Source: Patescibacteria group bacterium (lineage in GTDB: Bacteria > Patescibacteriota > Patescibacteriia > Patescibacteriales > UBA12465). Taken from it: 64,000 nucleotides of DNA. Position 1 is the first letter of the stretch, and every line of letters begins with the position of its first letter. The position numbers and the translations under genes are program-made. Under the pieces are notes generated by a model. The model saw nothing but the letters and a program-made list of their open reading frames with translations. It searched no databases and had not been told where the DNA came from. Positions 1 to 8,813 of this stretch are shown here, one piece after another. The DNA is taken from positions 3,590 to 67,589 of the forward strand of contig JAQUWT010000003.1 in NCBI GenBank assembly GCA_028692765.1, read 5' to 3'.

Positions 1-1
1 T

Positions 2-556
2 TATCAAGCAATAAAAGGCAATAAGAGATTAGCGGCCGGCGATGCCGAAGGCATGATTGAGACGATTGAGTTTTATCCGGAGGAAGGTATGTATCATTTC
101 GACGGCCATCGGGATTGTAATTTCAGCTGCAGTCCGGAAGAAAGCAAGCGTTTGCACAATCTTTGCCCTCGCTGTGGACGTCCATTGATTATCGGTGTTT
201 CTAACCGTGTAGCGGAATTGGCCGATCGCCCCTTAGGATTTAAGCCTGATGGCGCCGTTCCTTTCCGGCGTTTGGTCGAACTTGATAAAATTATCGCCGA
301 AGCTTTGCAAGTCAAAAATCGCAGGTCGGTGAAAGTTGATAAGGTTTACCGAGAGGTGATTGATAAATTCGGTTCGGAACTTCATATCTTAATGGATTTA
401 GATTTGTCTGCTTTGAAAAGTTATTATCCGGCGGTGGCAGACGGCCTTGAGCGCGTTCGCCGAGGTCAACTGACTATCATGCCGGGATTTGACGGCCAGT
501 ATGGCGTGATAAAAGTTTTTCCGGATAATTTTTTTAAGCCAAAAACTTTATTTTAA
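2..556 (+). CDS. Endonuclease Q-like protein (PHP-associated family), C-terminal part; 5' end outside window
   Basis: The frame is open from nt 2 to the stop at 554-556, with no stop upstream of the listed M at 53. The motifs YHFDGHRDC and the Zn-ribbon-like CPRCGRPL..GVSNRVAELAD recall the EndoQ C-terminal domain. Family assignment is by eye only. Confidence 0.5.
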   Translation, partial: YQAIKGNKRLAAGDAEGMIETIEFYPEEGMYHFDGHRDCNFSCSPEESKRLHNLCPRCGRPLIIGVSNRVAELADRPLGFKPDGAVPFRRLVELDKIIAEALQVKNRRSVKVDKVYREVIDKFGSELHILMDLDLSALKSYYPAVADGLERVRRGQLTIMPGFDGQYGVIKVFPDNFFKPKTLF

Positions 557-560
557 ATAT

Positions 561-1034
561 ATGCGGCGGATTCTATCTCAAGTTATTATCCTCGTTCTCT
601 TTCTTTTTCTGACTGTTTTCGCTTCGGTTTGGTTTGAGGACACCGGCGGTGATGAAAATGTCGAGACCACTAGGCCTCAATCAATCCTATGGTTCAGTAA
701 GGCCGCCCAGAAGACCTGGCAGATTATAGATGGTTTGGCCGGCATTGCCGTTCCTTCGTCTTCAAAGCCTGTTAAAGAAGATAGTCAAGCTAGTGTCCCG
801 GCAATTGAGGTTGCCTCAGATTTAGATGAATTTACCCAAGATTTGGGGTCAATGGCAGCCGCCTCGACGCTTGATAGTTTTAATTCTGATGGTAATTTTA
901 GGCAATTTTTAGGAAATTTTTTTAGTAAAACGCCGTCTTTATATTTCGATACTAAGGTCTATAGCAATGGTTGGCGTAACTTTTGGTCTTTATACTGGTT
1001 AGAATATAATAATTTAAGGCCGGAGCAGCCTTAA
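561..1034 (+). CDS. Hypothetical membrane-anchored/secreted protein
   Basis: 157-aa ORF starting 5 nt after the upstream stop. It has an N-terminal hydrophobic helix (VIILVLFLFLTVFASVW). No recognisable domain. Confidence 0.5.
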   Translation: MRRILSQVIILVLFLFLTVFASVWFEDTGGDENVETTRPQSILWFSKAAQKTWQIIDGLAGIAVPSSSKPVKEDSQASVPAIEVASDLDEFTQDLGSMAAASTLDSFNSDGNFRQFLGNFFSKTPSLYFDTKVYSNGWRNFWSLYWLEYNNLRPEQP

Positions 1035-1200
1035 ACGGCTATCAAAAAAGTATTTTTTATAGTATAATAATTGAGCCGCCCTCCGTGTTTATCCATATTT
1101 TAGGTGGGATTTAGCGGCTATATGCTACAATTCATTTATTAATAAAGTAATTTGCGTCTGCGGGCGGATAGCCGTCGGCTGCCGTTATGACGCTATATTT

Positions 1201-2271
1201 ATGCCTAAAGAAAAAAAGGCGGTGATTGCCAAAGAAGAAGCCGCCAATCACATGGTTAACGATAAAAGAGCAGAGGCGGCGGCCAATGCGATGGAGCAGA
1301 TTAAAACCAAATTCGGCGATGGCGCCATTATGAAATTCGGCGAGGTTAGAAAGACAAATGTCGATGCTATCTCTACCGGGTGCCTTTCTCTTGACGTTGC
1401 TTTCGGCATCGGCGGCGTGCCTCGTGGCCGCATTATTGAAATTTTTGGTCCGGAGTCATCCGGAAAAACTACGCTGGCTCAGCACATAGTGGCGGAAGTT
1501 CAGAAATTAGGAGGTATTGCCGCTTTTGTTGACGCCGAACATGCTCTTGATCCTGATTATGCCGCTAAAATTGGAGTTAACGTCAATGAGTTATTAATCT
1601 CCCAACCCGATTCCGGCGAGCAAGCTTTAGATATCGTAGAAACTTTGGTTCGCTCTAATGCCGTTGATGTGATTGTAGTCGACAGCGTCGCCGCTTTGGT
1701 GCCGCAGAAAGAAATTGAAGGCGAGATGGGCGACCAGCATATGGGTTTACAGGCGCGTCTGATGAGCCAGGCTCTGCGTAAGCTGACCGGCATTATTGCC
1801 AAGACTAAGACCAGCGTGATTTTCATTAATCAAATACGTAATAAAATCGGCGTCTTTTTCGGAAATCCAGAGACTACCACCGGCGGCAATGCTTTGAAAT
1901 TCTATTGTTCTGTTCGCGTTGAAGTTCGTCGGGCCGCTCAAATTAAGCAAGGGGAAAATATTATTGGTAATCGGGTAAAGGTTAAAATTGTAAAAAATAA
2001 GGTGGCGGCTCCTTTTAGAACTTGTGAATTTGATATTATGTATAATGAGGGTATTTCCGTGGCCGGTGATTTGGTTGATGCCGGCGTTGAATACGGTGTT
2101 GTCAAAAAGACCGGCAATTCCTATACTTTCGGTGAGACTAAATTAGGGGTTGGCCGTGAAAATGCTAAAAAAGTAATTAAGGAAGACCATAAACTTCAGG
2201 CTTCTTTGCGTAAAGCAATATTAGCTGAAGTTAAGAGCAAGGAGATAGAATCAACTAGCACTAAGAAATAA
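1201..2271 (+). CDS. recA: Recombinase RecA
   Basis: Walker [19 protein letters not shown], the [10 protein letters not shown] loop region, and full-length RecA architecture (356 aa). Confidence 0.97.
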   Translation: MPKEKKAVIAKEEAANHMVNDKRAEAAANAMEQIKTKFGDGAIMKFGEVRKTNVDAISTGCLSLDVAFGIGGVPRGRIIEIFGPESSGKTTLAQHIVAEVQKLGGIAAFVDAEHALDPDYAAKIGVNVNELLISQPDSGEQALDIVETLVRSNAVDVIVVDSVAALVPQKEIEGEMGDQHMGLQARLMSQALRKLTGIIAKTKTSVIFINQIRNKIGVFFGNPETTTGGNALKFYCSVRVEVRRAAQIKQGENIIGNRVKVKIVKNKVAAPFRTCEFDIMYNEGISVAGDLVDAGVEYGVVKKTGNSYTFGETKLGVGRENAKKVIKEDHKLQASLRKAILAEVKSKEIESTSTKK

Positions 2272-2282
2272 TATTTATCATT

Positions 2283-2312
2283 ACGGACGCCCGTTATCGG
2301 GCGTCCGTTTTT
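2283..2312 (+). terminator. Intrinsic terminator after recA
   Basis: Perfect 11-bp GC-rich stem ACGGACGCCCG / CGGGCGTCCGT with loop TTAT, followed by a T-run. Confidence 0.85.
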
Positions 2313-2319
2313 GTACCCT

Positions 2320-3000
2320 ATGACTTATATTTTGTCTGTCGGCGGTTCCCTGATTGTCCCGGCCGCGGGTATTGATGTTAATTTTTTAAAATCTTTACGT
2401 CGTTTCGTGCTCAAGCGCTATGACGCCGGCGATCGTTTGATTATTGTGGCCGGTGGCGGCGTTACCGCCAGGCAATATGTCCAAGCGGCGGCCGCTGTCG
2501 AGAAAGTTCCGGAAGACGACCAAGATTGGCTGGGGATACATGCTACTCGTCTTAACGCCCATTTGCTTAGAACCTTACTAAGAGATGTTGCGTATCCAGA
2601 AATAATCACTAATCCCGATAAGGTTCTTAATGCTCGTTCCCGAGTGATTATCGCTGGTGGTTATCGTCCCGGTTGGTCAACCGATTATGTGGCGGTTTTG
2701 TTGGCTAAAAAATATAAAGCTAAGACGGTGATTAATCTTTCCAATATCGATTATGTATATAATCAGGACCCCCGCCGTTATCCAGAGGCTAAAATTATTA
2801 AAAAGATAAATTGGGATGATTTTAGGCAAATTGTCGGCAATGAATGGCACCCCGGCCTTAATGCCCCCTTCGACCCTATAGCCTCTCGTCTTGCTCAGTC
2901 TTTAAAACTTAGAGTCGCGGTATTGAATGGGCATAATTTAGTTAATGTGGGTAAATTTATTGATAATAAGAGTTTTAAGGGTACGCTTATTCAAGAATAG
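2320..3000 (+). CDS. pyrH: UMP kinase, archaeal-type (amino-acid kinase fold)
   Basis: Motifs SVGGSLIVP, IIVAGGGVTAR and GYRPGWSTD, at the ~226 aa length typical of archaeal-type PyrH. I prefer the ATG at 2320 to the TTG at 2311, which overlaps the recA terminator. Confidence 0.7.
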   Translation: MTYILSVGGSLIVPAAGIDVNFLKSLRRFVLKRYDAGDRLIIVAGGGVTARQYVQAAAAVEKVPEDDQDWLGIHATRLNAHLLRTLLRDVAYPEIITNPDKVLNARSRVIIAGGYRPGWSTDYVAVLLAKKYKAKTVINLSNIDYVYNQDPRRYPEAKIIKKINWDDFRQIVGNEWHPGLNAPFDPIASRLAQSLKLRVAVLNGHNLVNVGKFIDNKSFKGTLIQE

Positions 3001-3023
3001 AAATATTATTTATTTACAGAAAA

Positions 3024-3054
3024 CAAAAAAGAACCGTTTATTGGTTCTTTTTTG
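3024..3054. terminator. Bidirectional terminator between convergent pyrH-like and adk genes
   Basis: A-run + GAACC / GGTTC stem + T-run (aaaaaagaaccgtttattggttctttttt). Confidence 0.6.
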
Positions 3055-3059
3055 TTACT

Positions 3060-3617
3060 TTATTTTATTTGGTCCTGCAATAGCTGGAATACTTCTTCAA
3101 TCGTGCCTTGTCCGTTGACGCTGATCAGGCGTTTCTGGCGGGCATAGAAATCAAGTAGGGGCCTAGTCTGTTCGCTGTAGACATGAAGACGGTTTTTAAT
3201 GGTCTCTTCATTATCATCACTGCGTCCAGATTCTTGTCCGCGCAATTTTAGTCTTTTAATTAATTCTTTTTCTTCTACCTCTAAATTTAAAATCAACGGG
3301 AGAGCCTTTGCGGCAAGGAGTGCATCCAGATTTTCTGCCTGGTTAATTGTCCGTGGATATCCGTCAAAAATAAAACCGGCTACTTGGCCGTCTTGTGTAA
3401 TTTTATTTTTTACAATAGCATCGACGATGCTGTCGTCGACTAATCCTCCTTGGTCCATTATTTTTTGCACTCTTTGTCCGATTTCAGTTTGACGGGAAAC
3501 TTCTTCCCGCAACAGCGCTCCTGTGGAGAGGTGGTGTAAATTGAATTCGTTGGCTATCTTTTGCGCCTGTGTGCCTTTGCCAGCTCCTGGCGGTCCAAAT
3601 ATAATAAAGTTTCGCAT
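3060..3617 (-). CDS. adk: Adenylate kinase (short-LID type)
   Basis: P-loop GPPGAGKGTQ, FDGYPRT, and GRSDDNEETIKNRL in place of a Zn lid. Confidence 0.95.
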   Translation of the reverse strand: MRNFIIFGPPGAGKGTQAQKIANEFNLHHLSTGALLREEVSRQTEIGQRVQKIMDQGGLVDDSIVDAIVKNKITQDGQVAGFIFDGYPRTINQAENLDALLAAKALPLILNLEVEEKELIKRLKLRGQESGRSDDNEETIKNRLHVYSEQTRPLLDFYARQKRLISVNGQGTIEEVFQLLQDQIK

Positions 3618-3648
3618 AAATATTGCCTAAATGAACTATATTTATCGG

Positions 3649-3721
3649 TGCGCCCAGAGGGATTCGAACCCACGACCATCTCCTTAAGAGGGAGTTGCTC
3701 TACCAGCTGAGCTATAGGCGC
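3649..3721 (-). tRNA. tRNA-Lys (anticodon CTT)
   Basis: The reverse complement folds as a cloverleaf: acceptor GCGCCTA/TGGGCGC, anticodon loop CTCTTAA, T-loop TTCGAAT. No encoded CCA. Confidence 0.9.
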
Positions 3722-3789
3722 ATTACTATTTTTAAGTTCAAAGTTATAATAAATAATTTTTTGAACCTTGCTTGTTAAATCAATCTGTG

Positions 3790-3863
3790 TGGCTGGGGAG
3801 GGGCTCGAACCCTCGACCTTAGCGTTATGAGTGCTACGCTCTAACCAGCTGAGCTACCCAGCC
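3790..3863 (-). tRNA. tRNA with anticodon CAT (elongator Met or Ile2/lysidine type)
   Basis: Acceptor GGCTGGG/CCCAGCC (paired 1:72, so not an initiator), anticodon loop CTCATAA, A31/C39 mismatch, T-loop TTCGAGC. No encoded CCA. Confidence 0.85.
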
Positions 3864-3949
3864 TAAAACTATATTACTTGAGTTTTATTTCGCACCCGAC
3901 AACTTATTTGGCAGTGAGAAAGCGGATTCAGCCAAGCACGTACAGGACT

Positions 3950-3978
3950 ATTATATTTATCATTAGCCCAAGAGTCAA
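3950..3978 (-). promoter_or_regulatory. Sigma-70-type promoter inside the tRNA cluster (TTGACT-17-TATAAT)
   Basis: The minus strand reads TTGACT (3978-3973), a 17-nt spacer, then TATAAT (3955-3950). It sits ~85-90 nt upstream of the 5' end of tRNA(CAT). Confidence 0.6.
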
Positions 3979-4000
3979 GACCCGTAAAAGACAGGTTGGG

Positions 4001-4074
4001 TGCTCCGGAGAGGACTCGAACCTCTAACCTTGTGGTCCGAAGCCACACACTCTATCCAATTGAGCTACCGGAGC
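4001..4074 (-). tRNA. tRNA-Arg (anticodon TCG)
   Basis: Acceptor GCTCCGG/CCGGAGC, anticodon stem TGTGG/CCACA with loop CTTCGGA, T-loop TTCGAGT. No encoded CCA. Confidence 0.9.
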
Positions 4075-4089
4075 TTTATTATAGGCATA

Positions 4090-4120
4090 AAGCTTGCCCG
4101 GAGAAAATCCGGGCAAGCTT
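4090..4120 (-). terminator. Perfect 13-bp hairpin downstream of hup (terminator-like or processing/stability element)
   Basis: AAGCTTGCCCGGA gaaaa TCCGGGCAAGCTT. There is no strong U-tract on either strand, and it abuts tRNA-Arg. Confidence 0.45.
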
Positions 4121-4143
4121 TTCCGCAAAATAATATTTATTGT

Positions 4144-4431
4144 TTAGCGCTTGCCCTTCAGGGCCTGTTTGAGATTATAGCCGGTTTTAAATTTAGCGAC
4201 TTTAACAGCCGGAATGGTAATTCTTTCTTTGGGGTTTTGAGGATTAACGCCTCCACGAGAGTAGCGGACGCGGGAAAGAAAAGTACCGAAACCGGTAATA
4301 GTAACCTCGCGGTCATTTTTTAACTCTTCAATGATGGTGTCGGTCAAAACATCCAACATTTTTTCCGCCTGTTTCTTGTTCAAGCCCTCTACTTCGTGGT
4401 AGAGTTTGTCGATTAATTGCGCTTTATTCAT
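4144..4431 (-). CDS. hup: DNA-binding protein HU/IHF family
   Basis: MNKAQLIDKL..., the GFGTF beta-arm and the NPQNPKERITIPA arm motif. I prefer the ATG at 4431 (95 aa) to the upstream start at 4452. Confidence 0.9.
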   Translation of the reverse strand: MNKAQLIDKLYHEVEGLNKKQAEKMLDVLTDTIIEELKNDREVTITGFGTFLSRVRYSRGGVNPQNPKERITIPAVKVAKFKTGYNLKQALKGKR

Positions 4432-4478
4432 ATATTTGGCGCCTAGCCCCAAGCCGAGGCGGTGGCGTTAATTATAAT

Positions 4479-6014
4479 TTATCTGGCGTATTCTATCACC
4501 CTAGTTTCTCTAATGACGTTAATCTTAATTTCTCCAGGGTATTTTAACTCAGTTTCTATCTTTTTGGCAATATCTCTAGCCAGGTTATGGGCTTTGAAAT
4601 CATCAATAGTTTCTGGCTTAACAAAGACTCTAACTTCGCGTCCGGCTTGAATGGCATAAGCTTTTTCAATGCCTTCAAAGCTGGTGGCAATTTTTTCCAA
4701 TTCTTCCAAACGCTGGATGTAATTTTCATGGCTGTCACTTCTGGCCCCCGGTCTGGCTGAGGAAATAGCGTCGGCTACTTTGACGATTACTGAAGTAAGA
4801 GTGGCTGGCTGGTCATCATGATGAGTGGCAATGGGGGCGATTACTTCTTCAGGTAAATTGAATTTTTTGGCGATATCACGACCGATTTCAGTATGATTGC
4901 CTTGGACTTCATGGTCAACCGCTTTACCGATATCATGGAGGAGCCCGCCCTTTTTAGCTAAAGTCACATCAGAGCCTAGTTCTTCCGCAAGCATTGCCGC
5001 TAAATGAGCAACTTCAATTGAATGGCTTAAAGTATTTTGGCCATAGCTGGTACGATATTTCAGGCGGCCTAGAATTTGTACCAGTTTAGGATCGAAGCCG
5101 GTAATGCCGACTTCATACATCGCTTCTTCGCCGGCCTTTTTAATATCAACCGCTAATTCTTTTTTAGCCATTTCTACCGCGTCTTCAATTTTAGTGGGAT
5201 GGATACGTCCGTCTTTTATCAAATAATCTAAAGTTTTTTTGGCGATATGGCGCCTAATCAAGGAAAATCCCGAAACGGTGATAGCATTGGGAGTGTCGTC
5301 AACGATTATTTCGACACCGGTCATCTGTTCAATAGCTTTAATATTTCTGCCCTCGCGGCCGATGATGCGTCCTTTCATTTCGTCATTAGGCAAATCAATC
5401 GTAGTGGTGGTTAGTTCGACGGTATAGGAGGACACCATTCTCTGCATGGCTAGAGCCATTATATCTTTAGCTTTTTCTTGCAAGGTATCATTATTCTCTT
5501 CTTCTAATTTGCGGACGCGGACCATTAGGTCTTCTTCTGCTTTTTCTTCAATGTTTTTCAGGAGTAAATCTTTAGCTTCTTCCTGGCTGAGATTGGCCAT
5601 TTCCTCAAGTTTCTTTACCTGCTCTTCTTTGATAGTCTTGATTCGCTCTTTGATTTCTTGGACTTCATTGACCTTATCGTAGAGTTTTTGCTGTTTTTCT
5701 TGGAGATCTAGCAGTTTTTGGGAAAAGGCATTTTCTCTCTGTTCAAGACGATTTTGCAGGCCGTTGATTTCTTTCCGTCTCTGCGTTTCTTCTTGTTTGG
5801 CTTCATCGATGATTTTAAGGGCTTTGTCCTGAGCCTTGAGCAATAGCTCTTTTTCTTTAGCCTTGGCTTCGTTGAGGATATTATCAGCCCTTTTTTCTGC
5901 TCCCTCGATGCGGCGGCTAGTTTTTTTCTGCTGGAACCAGGCGCCAATAAAAAAGCCACCCACGACAGCGATAGCGGCGATTATATATTCCATAAAAGTA
6001 AAGACCGAAAACAA
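4479..6014 (-). CDS. rny: Ribonuclease Y
   Basis: N-terminal TM helix, a long Lys/Glu coiled coil, KH motif GRIIGREGRNI, and an HD domain (HSIEVAHLA, LLHDIGK). The start could instead be the ATG at 5993. Confidence 0.93.
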   Translation of the reverse strand: MFSVFTFMEYIIAAIAVVGGFFIGAWFQQKKTSRRIEGAEKRADNILNEAKAKEKELLLKAQDKALKIIDEAKQEETQRRKEINGLQNRLEQRENAFSQKLLDLQEKQQKLYDKVNEVQEIKERIKTIKEEQVKKLEEMANLSQEEAKDLLLKNIEEKAEEDLMVRVRKLEEENNDTLQEKAKDIMALAMQRMVSSYTVELTTTTIDLPNDEMKGRIIGREGRNIKAIEQMTGVEIIVDDTPNAITVSGFSLIRRHIAKKTLDYLIKDGRIHPTKIEDAVEMAKKELAVDIKKAGEEAMYEVGITGFDPKLVQILGRLKYRTSYGQNTLSHSIEVAHLAAMLAEELGSDVTLAKKGGLLHDIGKAVDHEVQGNHTEIGRDIAKKFNLPEEVIAPIATHHDDQPATLTSVIVKVADAISSARPGARSDSHENYIQRLEELEKIATSFEGIEKAYAIQAGREVRVFVKPETIDDFKAHNLARDIAKKIETELKYPGEIKINVIRETRVIEYAR

Positions 6015-6295
6015 GAAAGCATCTGAACCCGTAAAAAATAAAATTTCCTCTTATATTAAAGATTTTTGGTGATATAAGTAAAAATGGTCAACAAGTTTAA
6101 CTGACATTTCGGTGATAAGTGAATATAAGATAAGAATTAAGGAGTAAAAGCTTCCGGTTTTAGTGAGGATTTCTTATTATCAGCTAAAATCGGGCTTATC
6201 TTGAATTTCGGCTAATTATTAATTGCTAAGTAATATTAGTAATTATCTTAGCAATTATTTTTGCCTTTGTAAAGTCATTTTTTGCTAGTTTTTCA

Positions 6296-6324
6296 TTGAC
6301 TAAATTTAAAAAATAAAGTAATAT
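6296..6324 (+). promoter_or_regulatory. Sigma-70-type promoter for infB (TTGACT-17-TAATAT)
   Basis: Hexamers at 6296-6301 and 6319-6324 with a 17-nt spacer, ~50 nt upstream of the infB ATG. Confidence 0.55.
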
Positions 6325-6376
6325 TTAAAAATAATTAATAAAATCAGTCTCTAAATAAGTTATTTGCTAAATTTTT

Positions 6377-8362
6377 ATGAATATTACAGAATTAGCTCGC
6401 ATTTTACGCATTTCTCCTCAAGAATTACGCGATTTACTGCCTGAACTCGGTTTTGCTATCGGTCAGAAGGCAATTAAAGTAGATAATAATACTGCCAAAA
6501 AAATTATTAAAAATTGGCCAATTTTTAGGCGTCAGTGGGAGCAGAGAAAGGCGGTTGAGCGCGCTAAGAAGCAGGATGAGGCTATTTTACCCAAAGAAAA
6601 GAAGACAATTTTTATCCCGTCTGTCATCACCGTCCGCGCTTTAGCAGAAATCTCTCAAATTCCGGTTAATCGCTTATTGCAGGAGTTGATTAAAAATGGC
6701 GTTTTTGCTTCTATTAATGAAAAAATTGATTTTGATGCGGCGGTTATTATTGGTGCTGACCTTAATTTAGACGTCCAACCCTTAGAAGAAACTGATGACG
6801 ATGAGGGTGTGAAGGAGGAAAAGAAGCTAAAGGATATTTTGGATTCAGAAAACCCCGAAGATTTACAATCGCGTCCGCCTGTCATTGTGGTGATGGGGCA
6901 TGTTGACCACGGAAAAACTAAGCTCCTTGATTCTATCCGTTTGACTAATGTTATCGCCGGAGAAGCGGGGGGAATCACTCAGCATATTGGCGCTTATCAA
7001 GTGGCGCGCAAAGACAGGAAACTCACTTTCATCGATACTCCCGGCCACGAAGCTTTTACGGCGATGCGTAGCCGCGGCGCTAAAGTGGCTGATATCGCTA
7101 TTTTGGTAGTGGCCGCCGACGACGGCGTCAAACCGCAAACCGTCGAAGCTTTCCGTATTATCGAGGCGGCAAAATTACCTTTTTTAGTGGCGATTAACAA
7201 AATTGATAAACCTGAAGCGGATGTAATGAAAACTAAGCAAGACTTAGCCAATCAATTAAACATAACTCCGGAAGATTGGGGGGGTAAGACTATTTGCGTG
7301 CCGATTTCAGCCAAGGATGGCACCGGAGTCGAGGAATTGCTTGATATGGTTATTTTAACGGCTGACGCGGAATTGGGCGACTCCTTAAAGGCTAATCCGG
7401 AGGCCGAAGCCGCCGGTACGGTGGTCGAATCTAACGTGGACAAGGCCGCCGGCCCGGTCGCTACTCTTTTGGTTCAAAATGGCACTCTGCGCGTTGGCGA
7501 TCAGCTTTGTTTTGAGGATGTTATTTATGGCAAGGTTAAATCTTTAAAGAATTATAAAGGCGAGGAAATCAAAGAGGCTGGACCTTCGGTGCCGATAAAA
7601 ATTTTAGGATTAAAAATTTCCCCTTCGGTCGGCGATATTCTGTATGTCGGCGATGGCAAGAAATTAAAGATGCGGAAGATAAAGAGTGCTGACGTTAAAA
7701 AGGAAAAAATCATGTCTATTGCTCAGCAAGAAAACGCCGATGACGCCACTCCAAAAGTCAATTTGGTGGTTAAAAGTGATTTTTTGGGTTCGGCGGAAGC
7801 AATTGAAGAATCTTTAATGAAGATTAACACGGAAAAAGTGAAGGTAAAGATAGTCGCTAAAGGCTTGGGTAATGTCACCGAGGGCGATGTCAAAAGGGCC
7901 GAAGATTCAGGCTCACAAATTATCTGTTTTAACACGAAAATGGCGCCTAATGTAGAGAATTTAGCTAGAAGTAAAAATATCGGCGTCCATTCTTTTTCTA
8001 TTATTTATGATTTAATCAAGTACGTTAAAGAAGAGATGCAGAAGTTAGTGCCGGAAGAAGTGACTCGGATTGACCTGGGTAAGCTTAAAGTTTTGGCTAT
8101 TTTCCGCACCGAAAAGCAGCAGCAAATTATCGGCGGTAAAGTTTTAGCCGGGCGCCCGGAAAATAATGCTATCGTTAACGTTTGGCGGGGAGAAGATTTT
8201 GTTGCTACTGGTAAAATTACCGGCTTGCAATCAGCCAAGCAAGAGGTTAAATTTGTAGAAGAAGGAGAAGAATGCGGCTTGAAATTTGAAGGTCAGCCGC
8301 TTATCTTAGAAGGCGATGTTTTAGAATTTTATCGCGAAGACCATAATATCGAGAAGATATAA
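6377..8362 (+). CDS. infB: Translation initiation factor IF-2
   Basis: G-domain motifs GHVDHGKT, DTPGHEAF and NKIDK, with the IF2 C-terminal domains (661 aa). Confidence 0.97.
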   Translation: MNITELARILRISPQELRDLLPELGFAIGQKAIKVDNNTAKKIIKNWPIFRRQWEQRKAVERAKKQDEAILPKEKKTIFIPSVITVRALAEISQIPVNRLLQELIKNGVFASINEKIDFDAAVIIGADLNLDVQPLEETDDDEGVKEEKKLKDILDSENPEDLQSRPPVIVVMGHVDHGKTKLLDSIRLTNVIAGEAGGITQHIGAYQVARKDRKLTFIDTPGHEAFTAMRSRGAKVADIAILVVAADDGVKPQTVEAFRIIEAAKLPFLVAINKIDKPEADVMKTKQDLANQLNITPEDWGGKTICVPISAKDGTGVEELLDMVILTADAELGDSLKANPEAEAAGTVVESNVDKAAGPVATLLVQNGTLRVGDQLCFEDVIYGKVKSLKNYKGEEIKEAGPSVPIKILGLKISPSVGDILYVGDGKKLKMRKIKSADVKKEKIMSIAQQENADDATPKVNLVVKSDFLGSAEAIEESLMKINTEKVKVKIVAKGLGNVTEGDVKRAEDSGSQIICFNTKMAPNVENLARSKNIGVHSFSIIYDLIKYVKEEMQKLVPEEVTRIDLGKLKVLAIFRTEKQQQIIGGKVLAGRPENNAIVNVWRGEDFVATGKITGLQSAKQEVKFVEEGEECGLKFEGQPLILEGDVLEFYREDHNIEKI

Positions 8363-8363
8363 T

Positions 8364-8720
8364 ATGCCTAAAGTTGAACAGCTTAATGAACTTTTACACC
8401 GCGAGTTAGCGGCGGCCATCAATAGGGAATTAGAGTTACCGGAGGTATTTGTGACAGTTTCTTATGTGTCTTGCACACCCGATTTACAGCATGCTAAAGT
8501 GGCAGTTTCGGTTTTACCTGATAAAATGGCGGGGACAGCTTTAAAAAAGTTAAAAGCTTCTTCAGGAAAAATTGCTTCTGGCATTATCAAAAAGACGCGT
8601 TTGCGTAAGATTCCCCGCCTGTTATGGGAATTTGACCCCACAGAAAAGAAGGCGGCTGATTTGGAAGAGGTTTTTCTAAAAATTGACCAGGACGAAGACG
8701 ATAATATTTCTGCTTTCTAA
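8364..8720 (+). CDS. rbfA: Ribosome-binding factor A
   Basis: Starts 1 nt after the infB stop. It has RbfA size and the classic infB-rbfA synteny, plus an acidic C-terminal tail. Confidence 0.8.
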   Translation: MPKVEQLNELLHRELAAAINRELELPEVFVTVSYVSCTPDLQHAKVAVSVLPDKMAGTALKKLKASSGKIASGIIKKTRLRKIPRLLWEFDPTEKKAADLEEVFLKIDQDEDDNISAF

Positions 8721-8747
8721 TGATTCTTTTGTCAAAAATATAAAAAA

Positions 8748-8772
8748 ACCGCCTTGATTGAGGTGGTTTTTT
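8748..8772 (+). terminator. Intrinsic terminator after rbfA
   Basis: Stem ACCGCCT/AGGTGGT (one G-T pair) followed by T6. Confidence 0.7.
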
Positions 8773-8813
8773 AGTTTTGACATTTGCGTGATTTCCCGAT
8801 AAAATAAGCGGTT

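Noticed and set aside
4000-4323. 107-aa plus-strand ORF.
   Set aside because: It overlaps tRNA-Arg and is antisense to hup.
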